A DNA stretch of 61,805 nt, counting the filler, from Sphacelaria rigidula (Eukaryota): the NCBI GenBank assembly GCA_964200075.2. It is 8 parts of 8 records of this genome, joined end to end, with 100 filler letters (N's around TTAATTAATTAA, not from the genome) between each part and the next. Parts side by side here need not be neighbours in the genome. Positions count along the whole stretch, not along the records: positions 7,740 to 15,377 come from CAXNAA020013984.1; positions 15,478 to 23,115 come from CAXNAA020013985.1; 6 more parts are not named here. One strand, 5' to 3'. A model generated the notes under the pieces. The model was not told the DNA's origin and searched no databases. It worked only from the letters and a program-made list of their open reading frames with translations. The translations under genes and the position numbers were made by a program. Positions 12,144 to 23,115 of this stretch are shown here, in pieces. Positions within the stretch are counted from its first letter, which is position 1; the number at the start of each line of letters is the position of its first letter.

Positions 12144-12887
12144 TATGTGTACCCCCCCCCCCCCTCCCCCCCCCCGCCACTCCCGACGGCTCGCAGGCTG
12201 TCGCGACAAGCGCCCCGCCCGGGACCCCCGAAACCACNNNNNNNNNNGTGGCCCACAAATGGGGGGTTTTCTCCCGGCCCCGCTCGTATGGGTCCCCCCC
12301 CCCCCCCCCCGTATGGTCTTATGACTATGGCGTGCATGATCATGAGTACAACCCCCCCGCCTGGTCTGGCGAAAACCCGGCGTGCTCCGCCCCGGCTTTA
12401 TAGGGATGCGAGGTCAATGGTCTGATGACTATAGCGTACATGATCATGAGTACACCCCCTTGCCCCCCGCGATGTCGAGCCACCCATGAGGCAATGTTTG
12501 AGCTGTGGCTGTCTATGAAAGTGGCGATACCAGAGAAAGAAGCATCTCGTTGTAGACTTGCCATCCAAATGCATAATCAGTAGGCTTCGGGCCGATCAAT
12601 CTTGACAGGATGCAGCACAACCTTCATGCGACTCGCCGAACACACCACGGCGCTTCGTGATTGGTGACCGAGTGCGAGCCTTTCGAGGGATGCGAGGTCA
12701 ATGGTCTCATGACTATGGCATGCATGATCATGAGTACCCCCCCTCCCCTCTTTTTTTTGTGAAGATTGAATTGGAGGTCGGAGTTGAAGAACAGACGGGA
12801 AAAGAAAATGTTGCCTGCGCGTCCGACTTTTTTGGGGGATATCTTTATTTCATTATTTTGGTTACCTTGTTTTGTGCTGTTCTCTAG

Positions 12888-13025
12888 GTTGCGCACGAGT
12901 TCGCGGACCTTCATGACCGTTCTGGGAGGATGAAGGCGAAGGGGGTGGTGAGGGACATCGTCGAGTGGAAGAGTGCTAGGGAGTACTTCTTCTGGCGTGT
13001 CAAGCGCCGTTTGGCAGAGAACGAG
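12888..13025 (+). CDS. ACC: Acetyl-CoA carboxylase exon
   Basis: VAHEFADLHDRSGRMKAKGVVRDIVEWKSAREYFFWRVKRRLAENE; 138 nt, TAG / GTGCGG borders. Confidence 0.96.
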
Positions 13026-14041
13026 GTGCGGTGGAGGAAACAAGACAAGAAAAAAACGTCTAGCTTGAAAGAAGTATAGGATGTTTGAAATATGCGTTTG
13101 TACACTCTCTGCTCTTCTCTGCTTTACTCCCTAGTTATATTTCTCTCTCGCCTCGCCTCTGCTTCCATCATTTTCTTCATACCTTGGAAAAAGTATATAT
13201 ATATATATGTGTGTATGTGGTCAACAGGTGCTATAGACGGTAAATGTAGAGTACTTCGTGAAGCCCGACAATAGTCGCAATACGCTCATTTTTAACGCAG
13301 TACATTTATCGTATAGTGCAATAGAGCATTGTTATTTTTTTCTTTGTTTGTTTGCGTTTGTGTTGAGTATAGACGCCTCCGTTGTGCTGAGGAATAGGTG
13401 ATGTCACCTCATTACCACCGCCTTGAAATTAGACACACAGCTTAACACTTGTCTGCGGGCATCTGTCGGCACGACGGGATGTTGAAAAGGCGGAATCTCC
13501 CTTCACGGGATATGCCGAAGATTGGTTTGGTATTGCCACCCGGCGGTGCACATGGAAACCTTCGTAATGGCCTTGCCATGATACTGCAGTTGCTGTTGCT
13601 GTTGGGATTTTTTGCTCCGAAATGTAGGCGTGTGCTTGGTGCTTGTGTGCCCTGAACCCCTGTTGGAACCGTCGGGGGTGAAGAAACGATTCACCATTGA
13701 CGCTTTTATTGGGCGCGAGATATGCTTGTTTTCCTGCAATTGTTGGATGATGACGCCCATCCAAATGTTTTTCACCACTCTTCGAGTTTGAAACTATACT
13801 TGGGTGACAGATTCATGCACCGCAGTCGAAGTGACGTGTTTTTTGGTGACGTGAACTCGCACATGGGAGTGTTTCTGTCAATCATGTTCTTCGAGAGCTC
13901 CAGAAGGGTTGACCGGGGGGAAAATAAAAGCAGAGGTGTGCTGATCGGTAAGTGTTGAATGGACATACGGGTACTTTGCTGAGGACTCCACATCCGAATC
14001 TGATGCGCGTGTGGTGTCCTTGGGATGCGGTGACACGGCAG

Positions 14042-14107
14042 GTGCGGAAAATGTTCAAGGCGGCGGATCCATCCCAGAGCTTTGAAGACGTCACCGGCTT
14101 GATGCAG
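14042..14107 (+). CDS. ACC: Probable next acetyl-CoA carboxylase exon (C-terminal region)
   Basis: VRKMFKAADPSQSFEDVTGLMQ; 66 nt, phase 0, CAG / GTGCGA borders. Plausible continuation after RRLAENE. Confidence 0.7.
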
Positions 14108-14384
14108 GTGCGACAATGCACCCAAATATCTCGTTTTTTTGTTTTTTGTTTCACATCCCCTTTCGGGTAAAGCTTTGAGCACTACAGTAGACTGAGACGA
14201 ATCAGGGTCATCATCCAAATCACAAGTTCCGTGAGGAAGTTGGTTGATAAAGTCGCGGTAGTGTTTGAAGAGCGGGGAAGTAACGTGTGTAGAAATAAAT
14301 GCCAGTGCATATTACACACTTTTTCTTTTCTTTTCAATCGTGTACGGTATGTTTTGCTGTAAAGTAACACACGGTTATTAACAG

Positions 14385-14655
14385 TGTTTTCGTGAGATTG
14401 AGGGTGAAAAGCGGTCAAGTAGTGATTGAATCGTTTCAGTTCCGAAATGCTCCTCTACGAGGCCCAATACGCTTTCTGTTTTAGCAGTCAACTGAAACCC
14501 TTGATATACCTGAGTTGGATGTTGATGTGCAGCTGCAAGCACACGCCAGTGATGTAGGCAAGGAAAAGCTTACATGATATGAAGAAACGGTTACGTTACA
14601 GCGAATGACGAAACTCACCCTCAATTAGCGCTTTACTCTCATTTTCACGAAAACA
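14385..14655 (+). repeat. ~280-bp dispersed repeat; copies at ~27745-28045 (+) and ~50865-51135 (-)
   Basis: Shared core CGTTTCAGTTCCGAAATGC...AGGCCCAATA. Confidence 0.75.
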
Positions 14656-15025
14656 TTATGTAATGGACTTGCAGCTTTTGGTCTCGTGACCTCAAGTTTT
14701 ATCGGGGGACAAGAGCAAGTCTACTAAGCAGCGCGACAACTAGAATCAATCACGGTAGCTGCAGGTGTCCGTCTCCTTCTCCACTGAAAGCACAGACTCA
14801 GCAGATTCTATCGTACGTGGAGGTTTTGCACTTGAAACAGCGTAGTCTTGTTCCGGATCACAACCAAATTTTTCTCGAATTTGCTGGAAACTCGTGAACT
14901 TTACCTGCCAAACGATGAACGAGCAGTAGGAAGCGGCGCAGGTTCCCGTACCCCCCCACACAAAAAAAAGAAGAACAGGGAGAGGGCCCCCCGCCCCCCC
15001 CCCCCCCCCCCCCCCCCCCCCATAC

Positions 15026-15377
15026 CACAAGGACTAGAGACACAGATAGACAAGGCACTAGAGTACACCAGGAAATGGAGAGTAACAGCGAACGTCAATA
15101 AATGCGCGGTACTCGTCTGTAACGAAGATAAGGAAAATTCGGTAGAGTTCAAATGGAAGTGAGGAGAAGAGAAACTGCCGAGCGTAGATCAGTCTTCATA
15201 CCTTGGCGTAGAGATCCCAAGAAACTGTTGTTGGGATGCACACATAAACAAAGAAATGGAGAAGGGTAAGGCACAGATAGGTAGGTTGGATGTGATCCTC
15301 AGGGACCCGCGCCTAGGCACTAGGATCAAGAGATGTATCCTGATGAACGTGATCGTACCAAAGCTGGAATATGCAGG
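15026..15377 (+). mobile_element. Non-LTR retrotransposon reverse transcriptase C-terminal fragment (pseudogenised)
   Basis: GLETQIDKALEYTRKWRVTANVNKCAVL... then, after a frame break, LPSVDQSSYLGVEI...WDAHI...VIVPKLEYAG. Confidence 0.8.
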
Positions 15378-15709
15378 NNNNNNNNNNNNNNNNNNNNNNN
15401 NNNNNNNNNNNNNNNNNNNNNTTAATTAATTAANNNNNNNNNNNNNNNNNNNNNNNNNNNNNNNNNNNNNNNNNNNNGCAGAAACTTCTGTGTTAGGGGC
15501 ACATGGTCGCAACCGATTGCGAATCCCGAGCCTTTTGAACAAAATAAATGAAATTTCGATGGTCCGTTGGACATCGATTAAATATTGAACCTCAAAAACG
15601 CATCCAGGCTGTTTATACAAAGTGTATCGGGTCTCGTGTAGGGATCGGAGGGGGGCATGTCGGAACTGAAAATATCGCCATAAAAATTTAACCACGTATC
15701 ACTCTTCAA

Positions 15710-15828
15710 CCCTTTTGGAACCCACCGACGATTTTTGTTTTTGTGAATCAGCATCATTTTGACTTGAAAATGACTGAAAATTATGCCAATTCATAAGCAC
15801 AGAAATGGCCAATGGGTTCCAAAAAGGG
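15710..15828. mobile_element. piggyBac-type micro-MITE
   Basis: TIR CCCTTTTGGAACCCA / TGGGTTCCAAAAAGGG; flanks TCAA / TTAA. Confidence 0.75.
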
Positions 15829-16482
15829 TTAATCGTATCCCAAACTCTCGATCTCACAAAAAAATCATTGTCTATCATGTGATCACGGTTGGATTCCTGA
15901 GGGATAACTCAAAGTGACACAATCAATCAACCAAGATTCAGGCAAATTTCCAAGGGTCGGAAGAATCTACGATTCGTCTGGAAATGACTTGATTTTAGTG
16001 CGATTGATTCGTACCGTACGAATCAATCCTTAGGCCTTTTTCTCAGCGTTTTTTGCCAGGTACGCGCAACCCAGGCACGTGGAATGGCGCAAAAATTGCG
16101 TGAAGACCTTTTTGACGAGCGGTAATTATTTTTTTTCCCTCTTTCGAGCAATCAGGTCTGAAAAATCCTGGATTTCGTTATTCGAACAGGCGATGATTCG
16201 TCCGAACCGGGCAAATTTCCCCTTCTACTATTCTACTCCTTCCAAGTGGGAAATATGCGATTTCTCATTCACAAGTGGAAATTTTGCTCTCGCCGCAAGG
16301 CTGCACATCGTAGAGGGTGTGTAGAGGGTCGCCTCAGGGGGTTCTGGACCTTTAGAGGGTCTGCAGAGGGTCTCTCCCTGAGGAAGGTGTTCCGAGGGTG
16401 TAGGAAAGTGTCCATCTCATTGTACAATAGCACATATGCCCGTTCGATGCTCGTGCTTGTTGCCCACGAGCGACATACAGTA

Positions 16483-17081
16483 CGAGCTGGGCCAGCTGAC
16501 AGTGGTGTGCGGATGTATCCGGGCCGGGCGGTGGGTAAATCGAAGTTTTTGGCGCTGAAATGTTTGCACAACATTTTCATCATCACTACGCACAAACTTC
16601 CCGAGGATGCCAAGAAAAAAAAAACATGAAGTTGAAGCGATTCCAAGTTTCTGCAAAAACTATAAAAATGCTATAACCCCGTGGAAATAAATAAATACGG
16701 GGGCCTCCCTAGTGTAGTTGTGCGTCCTTGTGTGGAGGAGACCCTGGTACAATTTCAGCCAAGAATCCCCGGAATTTGGCGCAGCATCCAACTTTTCGTG
16801 TGGCACGGCTGCGATCCTTTAATCCAAGTGATGCAGTTGACTCCAAGTATGGACGTCACGAGATCGAATCCCGACCAATCACTCTTTTTTTTTGTTCCGT
16901 CGGCTGGGTGATACACTATGCAGTACATTTTTTTCGTTCCTTTTCTTCAATTAGCGGCGGTCCCGTGCATTACCACGTTGGTCTGCAGGTCGCACCGATA
17001 TACTCAATTCGGGCTGATTTGGTAAACTTGATAAGTTATGGTGTGACATGCAAATGCGGAATCTACTGCTGGCCCAGCTCG
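16483..17081. mobile_element. Tc1/mariner-type MITE, second copy (599 bp)
   Basis: Same CGAGCTGGGCCAG TIRs and body as 11529-12143; flanks TA / TG. Confidence 0.87.
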
Positions 17082-17142
17082 TGTACATGCGACGTTTCTC
17101 TACTATCTTTATTTCTCGTCCACCTATAGTAGCAACACGTGA

Positions 17143-17723
17143 GGCCGCTTCTTGTAGTATGAAAAAAGTCACTGAAAAAGGTCGTGTTTTAGTCAGTTTC
17201 CAGAGGCTTTCCTCAGAACGCGACCCTTTAGACCATCTTAGATGGCAGTCACCAATCTCGATTTTTTCGAGCACCGGGGGGAAAAACAACCGGGGAACGC
17301 ATTTGATGGATGTCCAGACCAAATCGGGGGATCCATCAAATGCGTTCCCCGGTTGTTTTTCCCCCCGGTGCTCGAAAAAATCGAGATTGGTGACTGCCAT
17401 AATTCCAAATCGGGGGATCCATCAAATGCGTTCCCCGAATTCCCCCCGCCCCCCCCGATGCCCGAAAAAAATGAGATTGGTGACTGCCGTAAAAGAAGGT
17501 CTTAGATTACCGAAGGTGGCACAAGAAGAAAATTCAAATGATCACCACCGTCTGCACGCAGGCTACTAGATCATGGCCTTGGGTGCACACCGAAACCACC
17601 AGGATTTTTCATGAGCTGTAAAGGCGGGGTTTTGAAAACTGGCTTCTCTAAAAAAAAGTCACCGAGATAATTCGTTCACCCGAAGTTTTTTCAGTGAGTT
17701 CCTTCATACCATCAGGAGCGGCC
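17143..17723. mobile_element. PIF/Harbinger-type MITE enclosing a perfect hairpin
   Basis: Imperfect ~37-bp TIR GGCCGCTTC...CACTGAAAAA / TTTTTCAGTG...GAGCGGCC; 3-bp flanks TGA / TAA. Confidence 0.65.
17242..17400. repeat. Perfect 70-bp inverted repeat with a 19-nt loop
   Basis: 17242-17311 is the exact reverse complement of 17331-17400. A degenerate extra copy of the right arm lies at ~17405-17489. Confidence 0.97.
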
Positions 17724-19666
17724 TAAACACGAGCGCTTGGCGGAAACTTCTCTGAGCTCCGGTCGCCCGAACCCCCGGTTGAACATCGGGCGGACGGGCT
17801 CTTCAGGGGGGTCCCGAAGGGCTGGTCTGGGCGGAGAGACCACGCCTACATAGAAGAGGTAAAATCGTCACGCATTCTGTTTGCAGGATCTCTTCCTTTC
17901 ATGTGCATCAAGTCTCGTCGTAACCCTTTGACCGCCAGGGTAGATCATTATCTGGGTCACGTCATTTTTTTTCAAGTGAAGGCGACGCCGATTCAAGAGA
18001 TGACGAATCCTCGTCATCAACCCTTTTGGCACTGACGGTGAAAAACTGTGGATTTCGAGATGCTGTTTCTTTTGTAAACGACATATGGTTGAGTTTTTAC
18101 AGCTTTCACGCAAAACTATAAGCCCGAGGAGTGTTTTTCTGACCCGTATAAAAATGTGCCCCCGTGCAGCACAGAACTCAGAATATAGAGAATAGAAAGG
18201 TGGTGACAATTTATCATTGTGTAGACCTCAGGAACGCAAGTGCTAGTTTTGGCTGTGTGCACAAAGTTGAACAAACTTGACCCGTTGCGTCCCGTCACGG
18301 GACAAAAATAATCCGACCGCACCGGGGCGACATTGTTGGTGCGCGCATGACGTATATCGGTGGATTCTTCTGTGGCCTTCACCGTAAAAATGGTTGCCGT
18401 CGGGCTTTTCCGTACCTGTCTTTCCTTCTTTTGTCCGGGCTTGAAATAATGAGGCGTCTGACCCGGGGAAGGAAGAGGAGGGGAGGATTCCCAAAGGGTT
18501 TTAAGGATCAACGAAAGAAAAAAATGAGGAGAGTTGTGACAAATCGAGAACGAGAGTGAGGAACAAGGTTACGCACGGAAAATCACTTTCATGTTTTTCC
18601 TTCATTTGCATCATCATTCGAATGTTTCTCCGTTCTCCTACGGAAAGAATTCAAACGATTACTTTTTGGTGAGGACGGAGGAACAATTCGATGAGGACGC
18701 GAAAGGAAACATGAAATGGTTGCCACACGCGGATTTTTCGTCACTCTCAGGCCGGATGATACGGCAGCAGATTTTTGTCCCACAAAGTTTTTAATCTTGG
18801 GGGTATAAATCCGCGGCACACCTGGGTTCGGGAACGATCTTATGGCAGCATACAGATCTTCATGCCATTTTGTTCTGATTTGTATATCTCCACCAGGGTT
18901 TGGAGTTTCATGTGTAGCGTGTTTCAATAGCTCACAGTCCCGTAGGTGTCTCGGGTGTTGTGGTGCACTGTAGTGGTGCAGCGTCACTGCCGCAGAGAGG
19001 TCATCACCACCCCACTAACACCAGTGCCGGTTCTTTCGAGTACATAAGCAAGCGACCATGCCCCCCTCGTTGCTGCTCAAGTTGAATCATTCACCGAAGG
19101 ATCGCAGAACTACCCGCCAGACAGCGATAGTGCGCATCACATTTGTCCTCGCTCGACGTCTCTGCAATGCTTTTGACAGGAGACCGACGAGCAAGGCGTG
19201 TCGTTTTTTGTCTCGTGCGCGCGAAGCGGGCTGCATCGCGCGTCGGGTGCGGCGTATGGTTGCTTCGTGTGTTGTAGGTTGTGGTCGACAGGATCACTCA
19301 CAAAGGCGCAGCCAGCACGCCGGCACATGAAAGAAAAACGCGGCGTGACCCCATTTTGACGGTCTGCCGGCCAAAACGCAACAATTCGTGTGCAAAAATC
19401 TGTGCTTGCCGATCTCCGCCAGTTTGCCCAAAAAATTGTGGGGTTCGGGCCCCGAATCTTGGCCGCGGATTATGTCACCAACATTTTTGAATAATCTGTA
19501 CCCATAAGATGGGTGTAACACGAAATATTTCAAAATCTGAAGATCTGCGGCCAAAAATCTGATGCCATAACATCCGGTCTCATTGTCATCATCACAATCT
19601 CATTCATCCATCACATTCTCTCACTTTTTTTATTGTCTCGATGAGACGGGGCCTAGAACTGGCGCC

Positions 19667-19970
19667 GCGCCCCGGTGATCTAAATTAAAATGGTGCAACT
19701 GACAACATTTGGGTTATGAAGAACACCGGTTCGACTCCCGCCAGACACGGTCGGGGTTTTTTTCTTGACAATATATCTGATTTCCGACGATGATGGTGTG
19801 AGCACGTGAGTAGCAAAAATAATCTATTTGGGTTTGTTATACGAGAGTCGACGCGGTACGGGAGTGTTGATCATGATCCAACCCGCGAAACCAAAAAATC
19901 AAGGCGTGTACCGGGGATAGTTGGCTTGATCCCTTGAGACCCCGGACTAGTCCCGAGGAGGGGGAGGGGT
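19667..19970 (+). mobile_element. tRNA-derived SINE, family B; other pieces at 54168-54338 (-), ~38130-38270 (-) and ~52625-52770 (+)
   Basis: GCGCCCCGGTG start, B box GGTTCGACTCC. Body GTGAG.ACGTGAGTA...TGGGTTTGT...GACGCGGT is shared across contigs. Confidence 0.65.
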
Positions 19971-20594
19971 TCAGAGTGTGACCGTTCCCCCCCAAAAATC
20001 ACGACCAGGAAGGAGTGCATTGCCGTCGTAGTATCGTGCAGCAAAATACTGTAGTACAGCGGTAATTGTGCCAGCAGTTAGTTGTATACGCGGCCAAGCT
20101 TTTACCAAGAGGTCAACAGCACACACAGCATGATCCATGAGGACGTTTCTTGTCGCGACGGAAAACATCGGTCTTACAGAACCAATTTGCGAACAGATTA
20201 GATCCCATGGCGACCGCGTTTGAACTCCTCTTGACACCCCCCTGCCCCCCCATCCCCGTTTTTCTCCAGATCGTAAGCAACTTCCCAGATGCGGCTTCTG
20301 TTGCACAAGTTTTGGAGTCCAACACCTCTGTACAGAGGCCGTGTCTTATCAAAGCATTTCGGTGTCGTCGAAAACGTGCCGTGAAATCGAATCCGCTCGT
20401 ACCTGATACGTCCACGGCATTTATGCTCTCGAACATCTGAGAAAAGCAAATGACGTTGATGTATTAGATACGAGCGAATTCGGTTGCACCGCACGTTTTC
20501 GATACCAATTCTTCTTTTTCTTTTACCAGACACGGCCTGAAGCACGAAAATCACAACAATAACAGAAGCACGAGACCTATAACCTACAACACAC

Positions 20595-20731
20595 CATGCC
20601 CTGGACAAAGAATACACAGTCAAAAAGTGTACTGCGTACAGTATCGACTATTGCGCCTATTGCAACAGACAATACATTCCATACTGTACACAATATATTT
20701 TTTTACAATATATTCTACTGTCCAGGGCGTG
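20595..20731. mobile_element. 137-bp MITE with CA(C/T)GCCCTGGACA TIR and perfect 8-bp TSD
   Basis: CATGCCCTGGACA ... TGTCCAGGGCGTG; CAACACAC at 20587-20594 and 20732-20739. Confidence 0.88.
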
Positions 20732-21598
20732 CAACACACCGAGCTTCGACAGACCACGCAAAGAAAATCCGCCGCATATATGCCTCAACTCCAGAGCAAG
20801 CACTTGCTGATCATCTACATCTACACAAAGCAATCTTGTGTCTGACGGAGAGCCCTTCAGTACTGGAGGAAGGACGACCGCGTGCGTGTTATTTCACAGC
20901 CGAAAACGTGCCGTTACTGACCCTTCGAGTGGATGGTTTCGGCGCTCTCCTGGCACGAAGTATTGGTTCTCACTCAATACTCTGCGGGTCTGACACACGC
21001 GAAGCGACATAGTACTCAGCTGATCCACGATTACGGCTCGCGCTGTGTTTTGCTTTTAGCCAGGGCCAGTGAAGGTCTCAGATTCGCGTCTGGTCGCGAT
21101 GGACCGTGTCTCACATCTTTGAATGCGCGTCAGCTGTTGCGACGTTTGTGTTTCCCTTCGAGCGAAGTCGTCGTGACTCATCTGTCGGGTAGCGATCACA
21201 ATTGTTTCGGCGATTTTCTCGGCGGGTGGTAGCCAAGTGACGAATCACAACAGAGCATGAACAGCAAGCCGGTTTTGAGGAAAACGACTCTTCGGCACGT
21301 ATTTACTGTCCCGAACTAGACGACCTAAACACAAAAAGTATAACTTTCTCCTTCAACCACATGACAAAACTACTGCTGTAAAAGCACCGGCCCTGTCCTT
21401 TTGTGTCACGCATCACTCTCAACTATCCCGTGTCCACTGAGGTCAACTCTTACGGAAGCCGTTCAAAGTCAAGATTGCGCTCCATTTTGCCCGATGTGAA
21501 GAAATAATTCTCACCGAACGAAAGCAGTGATGGTCTCGAAGAAAGGTGATCCTATGATTTTGAATTTTGGTCAGCGGGCGGGTTTCTGATCAAAATTA

Positions 21599-22052
21599 GG
21601 CCGCTTCTTCTTGTCAGAAAACGGACTCTCTGAGAACTGCCCTTTGTGAGCCGTTTGTCGCGGATTTTGGGCAGAATACGGACCTTGGCGGACTGGACCT
21701 CCTCTGAAAGATTTGCTATGCTTTCCAAGAGGATTCTAGGGCGCTTTCCCGATATTTCGTACGACCAGTTTCACTTCTAGCCAGATTCTCGATTTTTTCA
21801 GTCACCCCAGGAATCTTAGAGTTTTCCGGGAAATTAGATTTTGGGAGCGACTGAAAAAATCGGGAAACGGCCAGAAGTAAAACTGGGTGTACGAAAAATC
21901 GGGTAAGTGCGCCAGAATTCTCTGGAAATGTATAGCAAATCTTTCAGAGTAAGCTCACTCCGCCAAGGCCCGTATTCCGCCCAAAACCCGCGACGAGAGG
22001 CTCACGAAGGGCAGTTCTCAGAGAGTCCGTTTTCTGACTATAAGAAGCGGCC
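21599..22052. mobile_element. Foldback PIF/Harbinger (Tourist-like) MITE with ~205-bp arms
   Basis: GGCCGCTTCTT..GTCAGAAAACGGACTCTCTGAGAACTGCCCTT mirrored at the right end; flanks TTA / TCA. Confidence 0.85.
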
Positions 22053-22169
22053 TCAGCACCTCATGTTGCACGTCCGGCGAAAAATTGAGTAGCTACTCAA
22101 AATCGGGTAAAGAACCAAACTATGGGACAAGACATGTTTGTACTGCGGCACAAACACACTCACGCCCTC

Positions 22170-22830
22170 TCTCGTGTGCTGTAGCCGTCAATGTATCGTG
22201 GTGTGATACACCTTGCGAAGACGGTTTGGTCTCCGCTGGGATTGCCTGAAATGTTGTACTGTTGCCGTGTTTCCGCTCCACACTGAACAATCGTAGTCGG
22301 CACGCAGTGCTGTCTCGTCAAGGTTGAAAATGGCATCGTGTGTTTGATGTTGATGTTGCGTCTTTCGCATCGAACAAGATGCTTCGTGCCCGAACCCATC
22401 ATTCCAGTGCTATAGCTGACACCGTGTAAGGTGGTCCGTTTGAACCCTGCGAAGACGGTTCAGTCTGCGGTGGGGGTTGCCTGAACTGCTGTACTACTGC
22501 TGTGTCCCGGTCGGTACGAAAACTGCAGTCGGCACGCCGTGCTGTCTACACACAGTTGAAAAAGTCATCATGGTGTATTTATCGCCTGTTGTGTCTTCTG
22601 TTGCTAAAGAGGGCGCTTAGTGCTCACACCCATCACCTCTGTGCTGTAGCTGTCTTTGTTCTGTGATGCGCTCGAGCCGTGCGAACACTGTTCGATCTGC
22701 GCCGGAGACGGCCTGGGCTGCTGTACTGCTGCTGTGTTCCGGTCTGTATAGCATTGGGGTGGGAGAATAGTGCTGTCTCTGTCTATACAAAGCTGAAAAA
22801 GTCACGTGATAGCCGGGGCAGCCGTTGTGC
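22170..22830 (+). repeat. Degenerate ~230-bp tandem repeat (3 units); related single unit at ~36225-36400
   Basis: Recurring GCT(G/A)TAGC...GCGAAGACGG...GTGCTGTCT...TGAAAA. Confidence 0.65.
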
Positions 22831-22949
22831 CTTCTTCGGGTGCTTTTGTACAGGTGCAAAACTCCTACAATACATCACGCCAACTTCATGTGTGCAGCTC
22901 CAATTTCGTGCCTTCGTAAGACGTTTTTTCTTGTCGCCATGCGTACTAA

Positions 22950-23115
22950 TGTGTGTGTTGTGTTGTCATCTCATCAATCCTGCACGCCGGTCTACACCTT
23001 TCGGTATATAGCCGGGGTCACACCGGAGGGAGGTTAACGCAGTTTTTTTTTTTTATACCCCACCGTCCTTCTGCGGTGCTTGCCTTTTATTTTTCATCGC
23101 GAGAGGGGTTCAGCA
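22950..23115 (-). mobile_element. SINE family A, 3' part (truncated by contig end)
   Basis: Matches 52789-52990 (CGCCGGTCTACACCTTTCGGTA..GCCGGGGTCACAC). Confidence 0.8.
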
